64,000 nucleotides of DNA from Paecilomyces variotii (Eukaryota), in NCBI GenBank assembly GCA_004022145.1, contig RCNU01000001.1, one strand, 5' to 3'. Of this stretch, positions 12,122-24,000 are shown piece by piece (within the stretch, counting starts at the first letter, position 1; each line of letters starts with the position of its first letter). The position numbers and the translations under genes were made by a program. The notes below the pieces were generated by a model, which was given only the letters and a program-made list of their open reading frames with translations, had not been told where the DNA came from and did no database searches.

Positions 12122-14148
12122 ATGGGGTTTCTTGCGCGTTATTTCGCCGTAGCTAGTCTGGCGGGCGGTGTTGCTGCTCAGTACTTCCCCGCGACGCCTG
12201 AGGGCCTCAAAGTCATCAAGTCAAAACATGAAGAGGGTGTGACTATTTCTTATAAAGAGGTACGTTTTATTCGTTAGATACACGTTTGTCAGTTGTGCTG
12301 ACGTACCGCCAGCCGGGAATCTGTGAGACCACCGAAGGGGTGAAATCATATGCGGGATACGTGCATCTTCCCCCAGGCACATTGGAGGACGTCGATGTAG
12401 ACCAGCGTTATCCCATCAATACATTCTTCTGGTTTTTCGAGTCTCGACATGACCCGGCTAATGCGCCGCTGTCCATATGGATGAACGGCGGCCCTGGATC
12501 GTCCTCGATGATCGGTCTGCTTCAGGAAAACGGACCGTGTCGAGTCAACCCTGATTCAAACTCGACGTATCTAAACCCCTGGTCGTTTAACAACTATGTC
12601 AATGTCTTGTATATTGACCAGCCTAATCAAGTTGGATTCAGCTACGACACACCCACCAATGGGACTTATAATCAGTTGAATTCAGAGTGCGATGTGTCTC
12701 CATTTTCCGATGGCGTGCCGGAGCAGAACAACACTTTCCAGGTCGGAACCTTTCCCAGTCAAAATCCAAACTCTACGGCGAACAGTACTGAGAACTCCGC
12801 TCGGTCTTTGTGGCATTTTGCACAGACTTGGTTCTCTGAGTTTCCAGAGTACAAGCCCAACGATGATCGCGTCAGTATCTGGACCGAGTCGTATGGTGGA
12901 CGCTATGGTCCATCTTTCACTGCCTTTTTCCAGGAACAGAATGAGAAGATCCAGAATGGTACCCTGAAGGGTGATGGGGAGACGCACTATATCCATCTAG
13001 ATACCCTTGGTATCATCAATGGCTGCGTTGATCTGCTCGAGCAGCAGCTGTCGTATCCAGAATTCGCATACAATAATACCTATGGTATACAAGCTATCAA
13101 TGAGAGCGTTTATAACGCTGCTGTGGATGCCTGGAGCAGACCCGGTGGCTGCAAGGATCTCATCATTGAATGCCGCAATCTGGCCGCTGAGGGAGATCCG
13201 GGGCTCAATGGCTCCAATGCCACAGTCAATGAAGCGTGTCAGAAGGCAAATTCGTTCTGCGGAAATACTGTCGAGGGTCCGTACGTTGAGTTCTCCGGAA
13301 GGGGATATTATGACATCGCCCATTTCGATCCCGATCCATTTCCTCCCCCATATTTCCTTGGCTATCTGAACCAGCATTGGGTTCAGAGTGCGCTTGGTGT
13401 ACCTGTCAACTTCACCGAGTCGGTCAGTAGCGTCTACGAGGCGTTCTCCTCGGTGGGTGATTATCCCCGATCTGACGTACGCGGCTATCTTGAGGATATT
13501 GGCTATATCCTGGACTCCGGCATTAAAGTTGCCCTGGTTTATGGCGACCGTGATTATGCTTGCAACTGGATCGGAGGAGAGGAAGTCAGTTTGAAGGTCA
13601 AATATACCGACTCAGACAAGTTCCGTGCTGCTGGCTATGCCGACTTGCATACGAACAGTTCCTATGTCGGTGGCCAGGTTCGTCAGTATGGGAACTTCTC
13701 TTTCACCCGTGTCTATCAAGCCGGTCACGAGGTGCCCGCGTACCAGCCAGAGACTGCGCACGAGATCTTCTATCGAGCTCTGTTCAACCTGGACCTCGCC
13801 ACGGGCAATGTCTCCACTGCCCAGAATGAAAGCTATTCCACTGAAGGCCCGAGCTCGACTTGGGATATCAAAAATGATGTTCCTGACAGCCCCAAGCCGA
13901 CCTGTTACATCTTGGCCATGGGCAGCACCTGCACCAACGATCAGGCGCAGAGTGTGATCAACGGATCTGCGACGGTCAAGGATTATATTGTGGTCGACTC
14001 CAACTCTGAGGGTCTGTTTGATGGCAACGAGACATTAAAAGATGGCGGATCCAGCAGTTCCTCAGCGAGTGCCGTCGCCGGGAGACTCGAGTTCGCTGCC
14101 AGTTCGGTACTGGTCTCCGTAGCTCTTGCGATGGCGTTTACTTTGTAG
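12122..14148 (+). CDS. Secreted serine carboxypeptidase (S10, carboxypeptidase S1-like), possible GPI anchor
   Basis: Signal peptide [19 protein letters not shown]; intron about 12260-12312; [16 protein letters not shown] (Ser), GDRDYACN (Asp) and AGHEVP (His); Ser-rich spacer then hydrophobic C-terminus. Confidence 0.92.
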
Positions 14149-14559
14149 ATGATTTACTAACCTGGCGATGTTATATACACAGGGCGAGCAACATGTGATC
14201 ATAGATAACCAGTGAACGTTCTGGAGGGTTATACAGCACGCTGATGATATACCATGATGGCTAAGGACTCACCGGGTGATATTGTCATGCACTGACGAAT
14301 GCGTATCCCTGCTAGGAGTATTTTTATGATACAGACTCGGTTTCGAGAAATACTGTACATATTCTACTGTTATGAGACGTCTAGCACAGACAGCAGTGGC
14401 GAAAGAAACCAACAATGCCATTATGATACTACCGTAGTTCTTACGGCGGGCCGTGCCAAAGCCGTAGAATAGAAAACCCGATCTCGGTCCGGGTCTGAGC
14501 GCGATAGGGCCGTCCCGGTCCTCCGGGGCCCCGACTCGAGGTGGGTCACCGCCAACTTA

Positions 14560-14920
14560 GAACCTCAAATCGTATTTGGAGATATTTTCGGCTCTACCTC
14601 TATCAGTCTGTCGAGGCCTTGCATTTCCCATCTGGACACACATGTTGCGGTGTATTATGGTTTTGTACTGACTATCAACCCATCCTGATCCAGCGTGGGA
14701 TTGTCACAGCGTCCGGAGAATGGTCAACCTTGACCAGATCCTACAGGACCTCATCCAGCTCATCAAACGGACTGGTATTGAGGTTGGTGAGCACTCTGGA
14801 GACGATCTCTTCGCACGGTTTGCCGAGTTTCTGCATGCCTTCAAGGCTGGGTGCATGCAACGTTTATGCCGGGAGAAAGCGCCTCAGGAACCGCTTGGCC
14901 GTATGATAACTCGATGCTGA
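14560..14920 (+). pseudogene. Possible gene relic resembling the C-terminal region of fungal Zn2Cys6-type transcription factors
   Basis: Branch site and acceptor (ACTGAC...CCAG) followed by WDCHSVRRMVNLDQILQDLIQLIK...DDLFARFAEFL; no upstream coding body. Resemblance is from memory only. Confidence 0.3.
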
Positions 14921-15160
14921 ACCGACCGGATGTCAATGAGATAGTGAATCAAAGCCCGGAACAGTTGAAATCTATGGACCTGGGAAATAATATATGGCTA
15001 GGGAACATTTTTGGTTGGTCATGAGTGGGCAGATATTTACTACCCAGTGAATAGAATGATATAGAAATGTATATAGCTTTAAAAATATTTTATTATACAA
15101 CTTATTAATTTTAATTCAAGGAAACGTCCTAATAATAATAATAGATCTCGGAGAGCTTAG

Positions 15161-15468
15161 CTTATCAGGAACGCCCGCTGATAACGACTACCGAAAAGAG
15201 TATGGAACTATCTTATCTGCCATCTCCCACTCCGCCATGTTCACGCCAGTTGCTCATTATTATTGCGGAAGAACATGCCTATTCCAGCCATCGCTTAATC
15301 CCGTAGTCCGATTGCTTTTCCCTAGCCTTCCGGGAATCATAATAATAATGATGAATTAATTAATTGAGCGTTGTTCTTCTCCGTTCGGCCATTCTTTTTT
15401 TTTCTGGCTCGGCGATTGCACGCGGCGTGAGGGTGGATGGAGCTCTGTGATTGGCTGTGATCGCCGAC
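15161..15468. promoter_or_regulatory. gatA upstream region: clustered GATA sites and a CGG-triplet/CCAAT composite (AmdR-like)
   Basis: CTTATC, TGATAA and TATCTTATCT at 15161-15218; minus-strand GTCGGCG-ATCACAG-CCAAT at 15450-15468; TATATAAA near 15509. Confidence 0.55.
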
Positions 15469-15791
15469 GGCCAGCATCATCGCGGGGCAGCTCCAGCTCG
15501 ACCGCCATTATATAAAGCCACCAGCGAATGTCTCGTCGCTGAAATTCTGTCTCGGGAGCTACTGTTTCTACTGCTTCGACTGTTTCTACCCGTCGTCTAT
15601 TTGACGAGTTGTGCTCAATTGGGTGTTTTTGAATCTCTTGTACTTGTCAGGGGACCTTCTGGAGCTCCGTGCCCAACCGAGCTTCATTACTCCACATTCC
15701 ACCCAGCGACGTCAACGTCAAGGGAACTTGTTCTTCCTCTGACAGTCGAATTTGACAATTGTCATCTTAGAGACATTCAAGCATCATCAAG

Positions 15792-17459
15792 ATGGCTTCG
15801 ATCCTCCGTTCCAGCTCCGCGAGCCTGCGTTCTGCGGCTCATGCCTCCGCTACTCGCTCTCTGAGCACCGCGGCTCACTATTTCCCCAATGAGCCTTCTG
15901 GTCCTCAGATCAAGACTCAGATCCCCGGCCCAAACAACCAGAAGGCCACGGCGGAGCTGAATGAGGTCTTTGACATTCGAAGCTTGAATCTGATGGCGGA
16001 CTATGAGAAGTCTGTTGGTAACTAGTACGTGCGGACTGGTCACCATCAGAAGCGGGGGGGTATATCATGCTGACAAGAAATAGCATCGCCGACCTCGATG
16101 GAAATCTGCTTCTGGACGTGTGAGTAACCAGTTTGATTTATCAACGGTTGAATATATAAAAGCTGACGATCGCAGATATGCCCAGATTGCTTCGATCCCG
16201 GTTGGATACAACAACCCGAGCCTCGAGAAGGCTGCCAAGTCCAAGGAGATGACCAACGCGTTGATCAACCGACCGGCTCCGGGTAACTTCCCGTCTGCTG
16301 ACTGGGCTCACATCCTGAAGACCGGTCTCCTCAAGGCCGCCCCCAAGGGCATGAACCAGGTGTTCACTGCCTCGTCTGGCTCTGAGGCCAACGAGACTGC
16401 TTACAAGGCCGCTTTCATCTACTACCGTCAGCGTGAGCGCGGCGGCCCCAATGCGGAGTTCACTGAGGAGGAAACCACCTCGTCCATGGTGAACCAGACC
16501 CCCGGTTCGCCTCACCTGTCCATCCTGTCGTTCAAGAAGGCCTTCCACGGCCGTCTCTTCGGCAGTCTGTCCACCACCCGCAGCAAGCCCATCCACAAGC
16601 TTGATATCCCTGCCTTTGACTGGCCGCAGGCCCCTTTCCCGGCCCTCAAGTACCCCCTGGAGGAGCATGCCAAGGAGAATGCCGAGGAGGAGAAGCGCTG
16701 CCTCGAGGAGGTCGAGCACATCATCAAGACCTTCCACAACCCGGTCGCCGCCGTCGTGGTTGAGCCTGTCCAGTCCGAGGGTGGTGACAACCACGCTTCG
16801 CCTGAGTTCTTCCGTGGTCTGCGTGAGGTCACCAAGCGCAACAACGTTCTCCTCATCGTCGACGAGGTCCAGACCGGTGTTGGTGCCACCGGTAAGTTCT
16901 GGGCCCACGACCACTGGAACCTCGAGACTCCCCCGGACATGGTGACTTTCTCCAAGAAGGCCCAGACGGCCGGTTACTACTTTGGCAACCCGGCTCTGCG
17001 CCCCAACAAGCCCTACCGTCAGTTCAACACCTGGATCGGTGACCCAGCCCGCGCTCTCACCTTCCGTGCCATCCTCGAGGAGATTGAGCGTCTCAACCTG
17101 GTTGAGAACACCGCCCTCACCGGCGAGTACCTCTACGCCGGCCTCGAGCGTCTTGCCCAGCAGTACCCCAACGAGATCCAGAACCTTCGCGGTAAGGGCC
17201 AGGGTACATTCATCGCCTGGGACTCTCCGACTCGTGACGAGTTCGTGGCCAAGGCCAAGACCGTCGGTCTGAACATTGGTGGCAGTGGTGCCAGTGCTAT
17301 CCGCCTGAGGCCCATGCTGGTCTTCCAGAAGCACCATGGTAAGTATTAATCCATTCCTCTCAAAACACATAAGAATCATCAGTATACAAGTTGCTAACTT
17401 TTATCTTTTAATTAGCCGATCTCCTGCTCGAGTTGATCGAGAAGATCTTCAAGTTGTAA
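15792..17459 (+). CDS. gatA: 4-aminobutyrate (GABA) aminotransferase, mitochondrial-type presequence
   Basis: YAQIASIPVGYN, SGSEANETAYK, FHGR, IVDEVQTGVGATG and PLP lysine in TFSKK; three introns; last exon ADLLLELIEKIFKL*; Arg/Ser-rich N-terminus. Confidence 0.95.
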
Positions 17460-18181
17460 GGAAACGATCATCTACAGGTCCTTCATCGATGAATGAATGA
17501 TTGACGTTTCTTGTCTTTTTTTCCATTTTTCTTTCGGGACTTTACTTTTCCTACATAGGCGTTTGATCGATCCAGCCCCTTGGTGGTGGCTTATATTGTT
17601 TCGGGTTGAAACTCTTTTTCTCTTTTTTTTTTCTCGTTCTGTTTCTACAAGCATATAATCAAGCGGATATGCGATGCATGTCCATGAGTTTAGCCAGAAG
17701 CAGTAAAGATATGATATATCTCTGCTCAGATGAAGAATGAAAATGATGATCCATCCATCCCATTATCACATTCAAGTAGGAAAAAAAAAGGAGCACTGGG
17801 TATAACTTTATCACAGTATCGATACATCTATCCATTTTTCAATAACCACACCGTTATATAATAAATAGTAAGGTAATTAATGCCTAAGTGAGATATAAAA
17901 AGGAGAATATTCACACGAATATAATAGGAATATAACAATAACAATCCCCAAATACACAACTCCATCGCTATCTAACCTTCCACCATCGGAGGATGGATGC
18001 ATGCCAAAAGCAATAATTTTCTTATGTTGCGAGTAAAAACAGATGTCCCTTTTTTCCCATTTTCCCTGAAACTCCGTGGCAAATAATAGTATAATATGAC
18101 TGGTTTCGATTTGTCCTCCACGCGCGCTCTCACACTCTCACGCAAGGTATCAAGATGATGTAGTGGTGGTGGTGGTGGTGA

Positions 18182-18800
18182 TTACGCTTCTTCTTCAAGG
18201 GAGCTTCCATCGCGTCTGTAGAGATATTGAATCGTCAGAACTAGGGTCCATACTGAATGAAGCTAGAGTGAGAAGAGGATCTGAAAAGGAATTTAACTTA
18301 CGGAATGTATTTCACACCCGCATCTTCTAGACTCGCGACTACTTCTGATGGTAGCTGTATTGCGCGAATTTTTTTCAAGTTAGTTCGGTTCAATACACTG
18401 GCCGTGGCCACCAGGGATCACATCCGGCAAGGAGATGCAGAGATGAAAAGAAGGAAACTCACCGATCCAACCACTTTAACTGCATATGTTCCAGGAACGT
18501 ATCCTTCCAACCGCTGCCATCGAGCGACCCAGCTGGTGCGCACATCAGATAGAGCGATCAGACCCTCGAAGACTTGTGACGTGCACTCCTGCACGGCTTC
18601 GCTGTTGCCGCGGAGACTCAGGACATGGTCGCAGTTGGGACAGCCTTCGCGGACGAATTTCTAGACGGGGTTAGCATTGTAATGTAATCATGAGGAGGGT
18701 GAAGATAGAGGCTATAACTCACGCTTTGGAGCTGGACGAGGGAGCAGACCATGCACGCGCGGAGAGTGCGCTGCTGGCCTGGAGCAACGTAGTAGGACAT
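18182..18800 (-). CDS. spt4: Transcription elongation factor Spt4
   Basis: Spliced product MSYYVAPGQQRTLRACMVCSLVQ...GCPNC...VQECTSQVFEGLIAL...SWVARWQRLEGYVPGTYAVKV...Y.PRDGS; three introns. Confidence 0.93.
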
Positions 18801-19262
18801 GGTTGACGGAGAAAGATAAAAAAGAAAAAGAGGGATCTGATACGGGTAGACTGTCGAAGGTTTCAGACTCTGGATGTTCTCTGCGCTTAGAGGCAAGTTA
18901 TAAAATGAGTGTCGCGTTGCGTTCAAGGTGCTGCGCTGCGGAGGAGACGTTCTCCAAATCACGGCTCTCAAATGGCGATGCCAAGACCGGCGTTGGCATC
19001 GGAGAAAGAAAGGGTGGATGGAGCTGGTCGTCCCTCAGAAGAAACAGAAAGGTACCGCAGCTTTCGACAGACGGCAAATCTCAACCCCTCTCCACTCCTC
19101 TTTGCTACCGGTCGATATTATTTCTCCTCCCTCCTTTACCACTGGCATCTACGACTCAGTTCGAGCTTGTATCTCAGTCTCTCTTTACCTGCGATCCCTC
19201 CGTTTCCCCCTCTCTTGTGCGTCGTGTGCCACTACCGATAACTTCCCCTCAGTTCTCCGCCG

Positions 19263-20997
19263 ATGACTTCGTCCGATGCTGAAGCCGCCACTGCGCTGAA
19301 GCTGCAGGGCAATAAGGCATTTCAGCAGCATGATTGGCCTACCGCCGTCGACTTCTACACCAAGGCCATAGAGAAATACGACAAGGACCCTTCGTTTTTC
19401 TCCAACAGAGCGCAAGTACGTCTGGACCCCCACTCGAGCGTGCTACATCTGTTGCGACGCGACGATTCTTGAAGGGTTTCTCGCGGAAATAGTATTGGAT
19501 AGTTGCTGACTTTTCGTCCTTTTCCAGTGTCATATCAAACTTGAGGCTTATGGCTATGCCGTCGCCGATGCGACCAAGGCCATTGAGCTTGACCCCACCT
19601 ACGTCAAGGTTAGCAGCCTACTCTGTTCTTAGAATGAAATGCACACTCGTGTAGTTATTTGTATACTGATGCGCAGTGGTTTCTAGGCGTATTGGAGAAG
19701 AGCGCTGGCCAATACTGCGATCCTGAATTCTCGTGAGGCGCTCAAGGACTTCAAGGCGGTCGTCAAGAGGGAACCAAACAACCGAGATGCAAAGCTAAAG
19801 CTGGCGGAATGCGAGAAGCTGGTCCGTCGGATCGAGTTTGAGAAGGCGATCGAGGTTTCCGACCCGCCGTCGGCATTCGAGGACCTGGACATTGACTCCA
19901 TCGTCGTCGATGACAACTACGACGGCGTCCGGCTAGGATCGGAGATGACGCAGGAGTTCATCGACGATATGATCCAGCGCTTCAAGAACGGAAAGAAGAT
20001 TCATCGCAAGTATGCCTTCCAGATTATCAAGGCAGTGAGAGACATCACCTATGCGGAGCCAACAATGGTGGAGATCGGGGTGGACGAAGGTACCAAGCTG
20101 ACGGTCTGTGGTGACACGCACGGTGAGCACTTCCACTTCACTATGTTCCTTGGTGCGCTGTTTTCTGATCTGTGGCAGGACAATTCTTCGATCTTTTGGA
20201 GATCTTCAGACTGAACGGCTTCCCGTCGAACACACATGCCTACCTGTTCAACGGAGACTTTGTCGATCGTGGATCCTGGTCGACAGAAATCGCGTTCCTC
20301 CTATACGCCTACAAATGGCTGCGACCGAACAAATTCTTCTTGAACCGTGGCAATCACGAGACAGACGATATGAACCGGGCGTACGGTTTCGAGGGCGAAT
20401 GCAAGGCGAAATACAACGAGCGGACTTTCAAGCTCTTCTCCGAGTCGTTCTCTGCTCTGCCTCTGGCTACGTTGATCGGCAATAAATACTTCGTTCTCCA
20501 CGGCGGTCTCTTCTCCGACGACAACACCTCCTTGGACGACATCCGGAAATTGAACAGACACAACCAGCGCCAGCCTGGTCAGCAAGGCTTGATGATGGAG
20601 ATGCTATGGACCGATCCACAGCCCACTCCCGGCCGTGGTCCCAGCAAGAGAGGTGTTGGAATGCAGTTTGGCCCTGATGTCACCAAGCGCTTCTGCGAGA
20701 AGAACGGTCTCGAGGCGGTCATCCGATCGCATGAAGTCCGGATGGAGGGATACGAGATCGAGCATGACGGTCGCTGTATCACAGTCTTCTCTGCGCCCAA
20801 GTACTGTGACACGACCGAAAACAAGGGTGCTTACATCAACATTGGCCCCGAGCTGAAGCTGGAATTCCACAAGTTCGATGCCGTTCCTCACCCAGACATT
20901 AAGCCTATGGTACGTTCTATCTCACCCCCTTTTGTAGCTGCATTATGCTGATGTTCAACAGGCCTATGCTCAAAACTCGCTCATGTCGATGATGTGA
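19263..20997 (+). CDS. ppt1: Ser/Thr protein phosphatase 5 (TPR + PPP domain)
   Basis: N-terminal TPRs (LKLQGNKAF...YTKAIE...SNRAQ); GDTHGQ, GDFVDRG and RGNHE metallophosphatase motifs; FSAPKYCD; C-terminus [18 protein letters not shown]. Confidence 0.95.
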
Positions 20998-21585
20998 TGA
21001 ATCTCTGCATCAATTGGATCCTGGGAGAAGGCGGAAGGCGTTTTCGGATGCAAAGGCGATTTCTGTAGACCGATAGATGCCCTTTTTTGGTTGAGTGACA
21101 CGATGTTGGGAGATTCCCCCCACGAGGCATATTTCTACTTCTGGGACCGTCTATTGCATGTTTCTTTTTACATACAGAAGCAATCTGTATAATCCTCTTT
21201 ATCTTTCTTTCTCTTGCAGCGTTTTGCATAGCGATACGACGGAAAGCGGGCCTTGGGTTTTGCGCTTGGGAAGTGCTTTCCGCTTCGGAGAGCTGGTGAA
21301 CGTCGGGGTTAGTATATGAAGCCATTTAGCAAACGGGTAACAGACCCGATAGAAACGACATGATTTTCAATTTTTGATATCTAGGACGTGAAGTGTAGAG
21401 AGGTTAAGCAGTAGCTACCAGGTCGTCTTAATTGAAGAAGACGTCTTCACCGAAGCCGCGGAGTAAGATGCCGTAATGACCCCGCGGCTTGCCAATAACT
21501 TACTAAGTCCAACACCTGGTGCTTTTTTTCTCTTTACCATTCTTTCTAGAGCTCTGTTCGTGCTCGTCCTATAAATTAGACAGGC

Positions 21586-23359
21586 ATGGAGCTGGATCCT
21601 AAGACCCGTACGTCCTGTCTTCCCCGCAACGTATCCATCCTTTTATTTTCCCCATGGAGGGGCAATCCAGCTAACCCCGCCAACCACCAGCTCAATACCT
21701 CACCTCTGACCCCAAGAGCTTCGCCTCTGTCTCAGCACATGAGCGATGGCCGGTCATTGTGGTAAGTCACTTTCTCCGTATATCCTTCCGTATTCCGCAT
21801 ACTAATTACCATTCCTCCGTCTTACAGACGGGCGCAATTGACGATCTCCACCGAACTGTTGCGGACGTCACCGATGAGGAGAAGCGCGCTGAGGGCAAGA
21901 GCATCATCGAGTCCCTCGCAAAGCTGAAATATGAACTTCAACATAACAGGCAGTTGACGTGAGTGCTTGTCGGGAAATCTAAGACAGAAGCCAGGACTAA
22001 ACCCTATTCCCCGCAGGCCACTTCCCGACGATGGAGAACCAGATATTGCCGAATACAATAAGGAGTTAGAGCAGAGGGGAAATCCGACATGGCACAATGT
22101 AGCATGGCTGTTCTCAGAATGCTATCTCTGTATGTTCTAAGACAAATTCGGAGGCCTCCATCTACGGTAGCTGACTGTGATCCATAGACAGGCGCATAAG
22201 CACCCTATTCCGGCTCTCCAAGCATTGGAAGGGCTATGATGTCTTCTCTCGCCAGAAGATGTCCACGTTCAAGTCCTCCCGCCCTGCTGTACTGGAATTG
22301 GCAGGTAAATACAGAAAACTTGCTCAGGAAGCAGAAAGCGGCAAAGGGACCGACGGCAAGAGCCCAGAGCAGGTCGAGGAAGCAGAGAAATTACTCTTCT
22401 CTGAGATGTGCGAGATCTGTCTCTGGGGGAATGCCACTGATCTCTCCCTTCTCACATCGCTTACCTATGAGGATATTCAGAAGCTTCAGGGCGCGGATGC
22501 CCGCAAGGCTTCCCAGAAGAACATCATCGTCAACGACATGGACGCTGCGTTTGATGTTCTGCGGAATGCGCGCAAGACCAAGAAGAACCAGGAACGCCGT
22601 GTAGATATCGTTCTCGATAATGCCGGCTTCGAGCTGTTCGTCGACCTCATCCTGGCGGGTTACCTCCTTTCTGCAGACCTGGCCACGACCGTCGTCCTTC
22701 ACCCAAAGACCATCCCGTGGTTTGTCTCAGACGTCATTCCTAAGGACTTTTCGGACCTGCTCAACGCCCTCTACGACCCACAAGCATTCTACACTGCTCC
22801 TGACGACACGGGAAAGACCTACGAGCCTCTATCCGACAGGGAGGTTGAGGAAGTCAAGTTCCTCTTCAGCCAGTGGAGTCACTTCCACGCCGAAGGAAAA
22901 CTGGTCCTGCGTCCGCACAGGTTCTGGACCACACCCGGAAGCTACTGGCGTCTTCCAACTACAGCTCCTGAGCTCTTCGAGGACCTACAGCAGAGCGAAC
23001 TGGTCCTGTTCAAGGGTGACCTTAACTACCGCAAGCTAACAGGCGATGTAAGTTTTCATTCCACCAGCGAACAACAAAACAAAAACCATACTTTTCTAGA
23101 CTTGCTAACTTTTTCTCGTCCCCAGGCTGATTGGGATCCAACCACCCCGTTCACCACTGCAATTGGGCCTCTTGGTCCCAAATCCGGTATGCGCACACTT
23201 GCCTTCCGCACTTGCAAGGCTGATGTCGTCGTCGGACTGCCCGCTGGCGTGGACGAGAAGCTCCGACAGGCAGAGAATGGAGGTGGCGATTCCGGAGCCC
23301 GCAAGTGGGCTTGGAGCGGTAAATGGGCCGTCGTCTCTTTCTGCGACGGCAAGGCCTGA
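21586..23359 (+). CDS. DUF89/ARMT1-like damage-control sugar phosphate phosphatase
   Basis: SFA..SA.ERWPVI, WL.SECYLYRR, LWGNATDLS, VLDNAGFEL, WFVSDV, FKGDLNYRKL and RTCKAD motifs; five introns. Confidence 0.92.
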
Positions 23360-24000
23360 GCAGGAATATCAAAGTCCACGTGAGCTAGAAATGGCGGCTT
23401 TGTTGCGTCTTTCGCTCCCTTAATGATGGCACATACGTATACATGGCTAGATCGGATATACTTTGTATCTATGCTCTCTTTAATAGATTAGTTTACCATT
23501 TACAATTTTCCGTAAAACAACAGACAAGTCGCATATATATATATATATATATACGTTGAATGTCCAAGCTGTACAGTAGGGAGTAATACTGACCTAAACA
23601 GCTACATTTCAAGAACACTTGCCGCGAGCGAAGATTGAGCGGCTAGAAAATATATAATTTCCCAATCTGACTTGAACCGACTGAAAAACGCTAACCACGA
23701 CTCGGGTCTCCGGGTATATCCCATTGAAAAGAGAATGAACTCAAGAGACAAAAGAGAAAAAAGAAGAGTAATGAAAGAAATGAAGAAGCAAGACTGAGGG
23801 ATAATGGCTGGATTAAAATAAGAAGCAAAGCAGGTTGTAAAGGAAGCAAAAACCCAACCACTTGCGCCGTATCCCATACCGCTAAGAATGCTTCGCTTCG
23901 CTTCGAAGACGCCATACTCCCGGCTCTAGCGACACCACTTCCAACAAATATGCAAAACAAGTTCAATTTCAGCAGCGTAAAAGCAAAAAAATAATTCTGA

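Noticed and set aside
16141-17379. 412-aa antisense ORF over gatA
   Set aside because: Shadow of strong C-ending codon bias in the sense gene; no independent protein features.
23533-23552. (TA)n, plus (GGT)n at ~18163 and (CT)n at ~43551
   Set aside because: Ordinary microsatellites in UTR or intergenic DNA.
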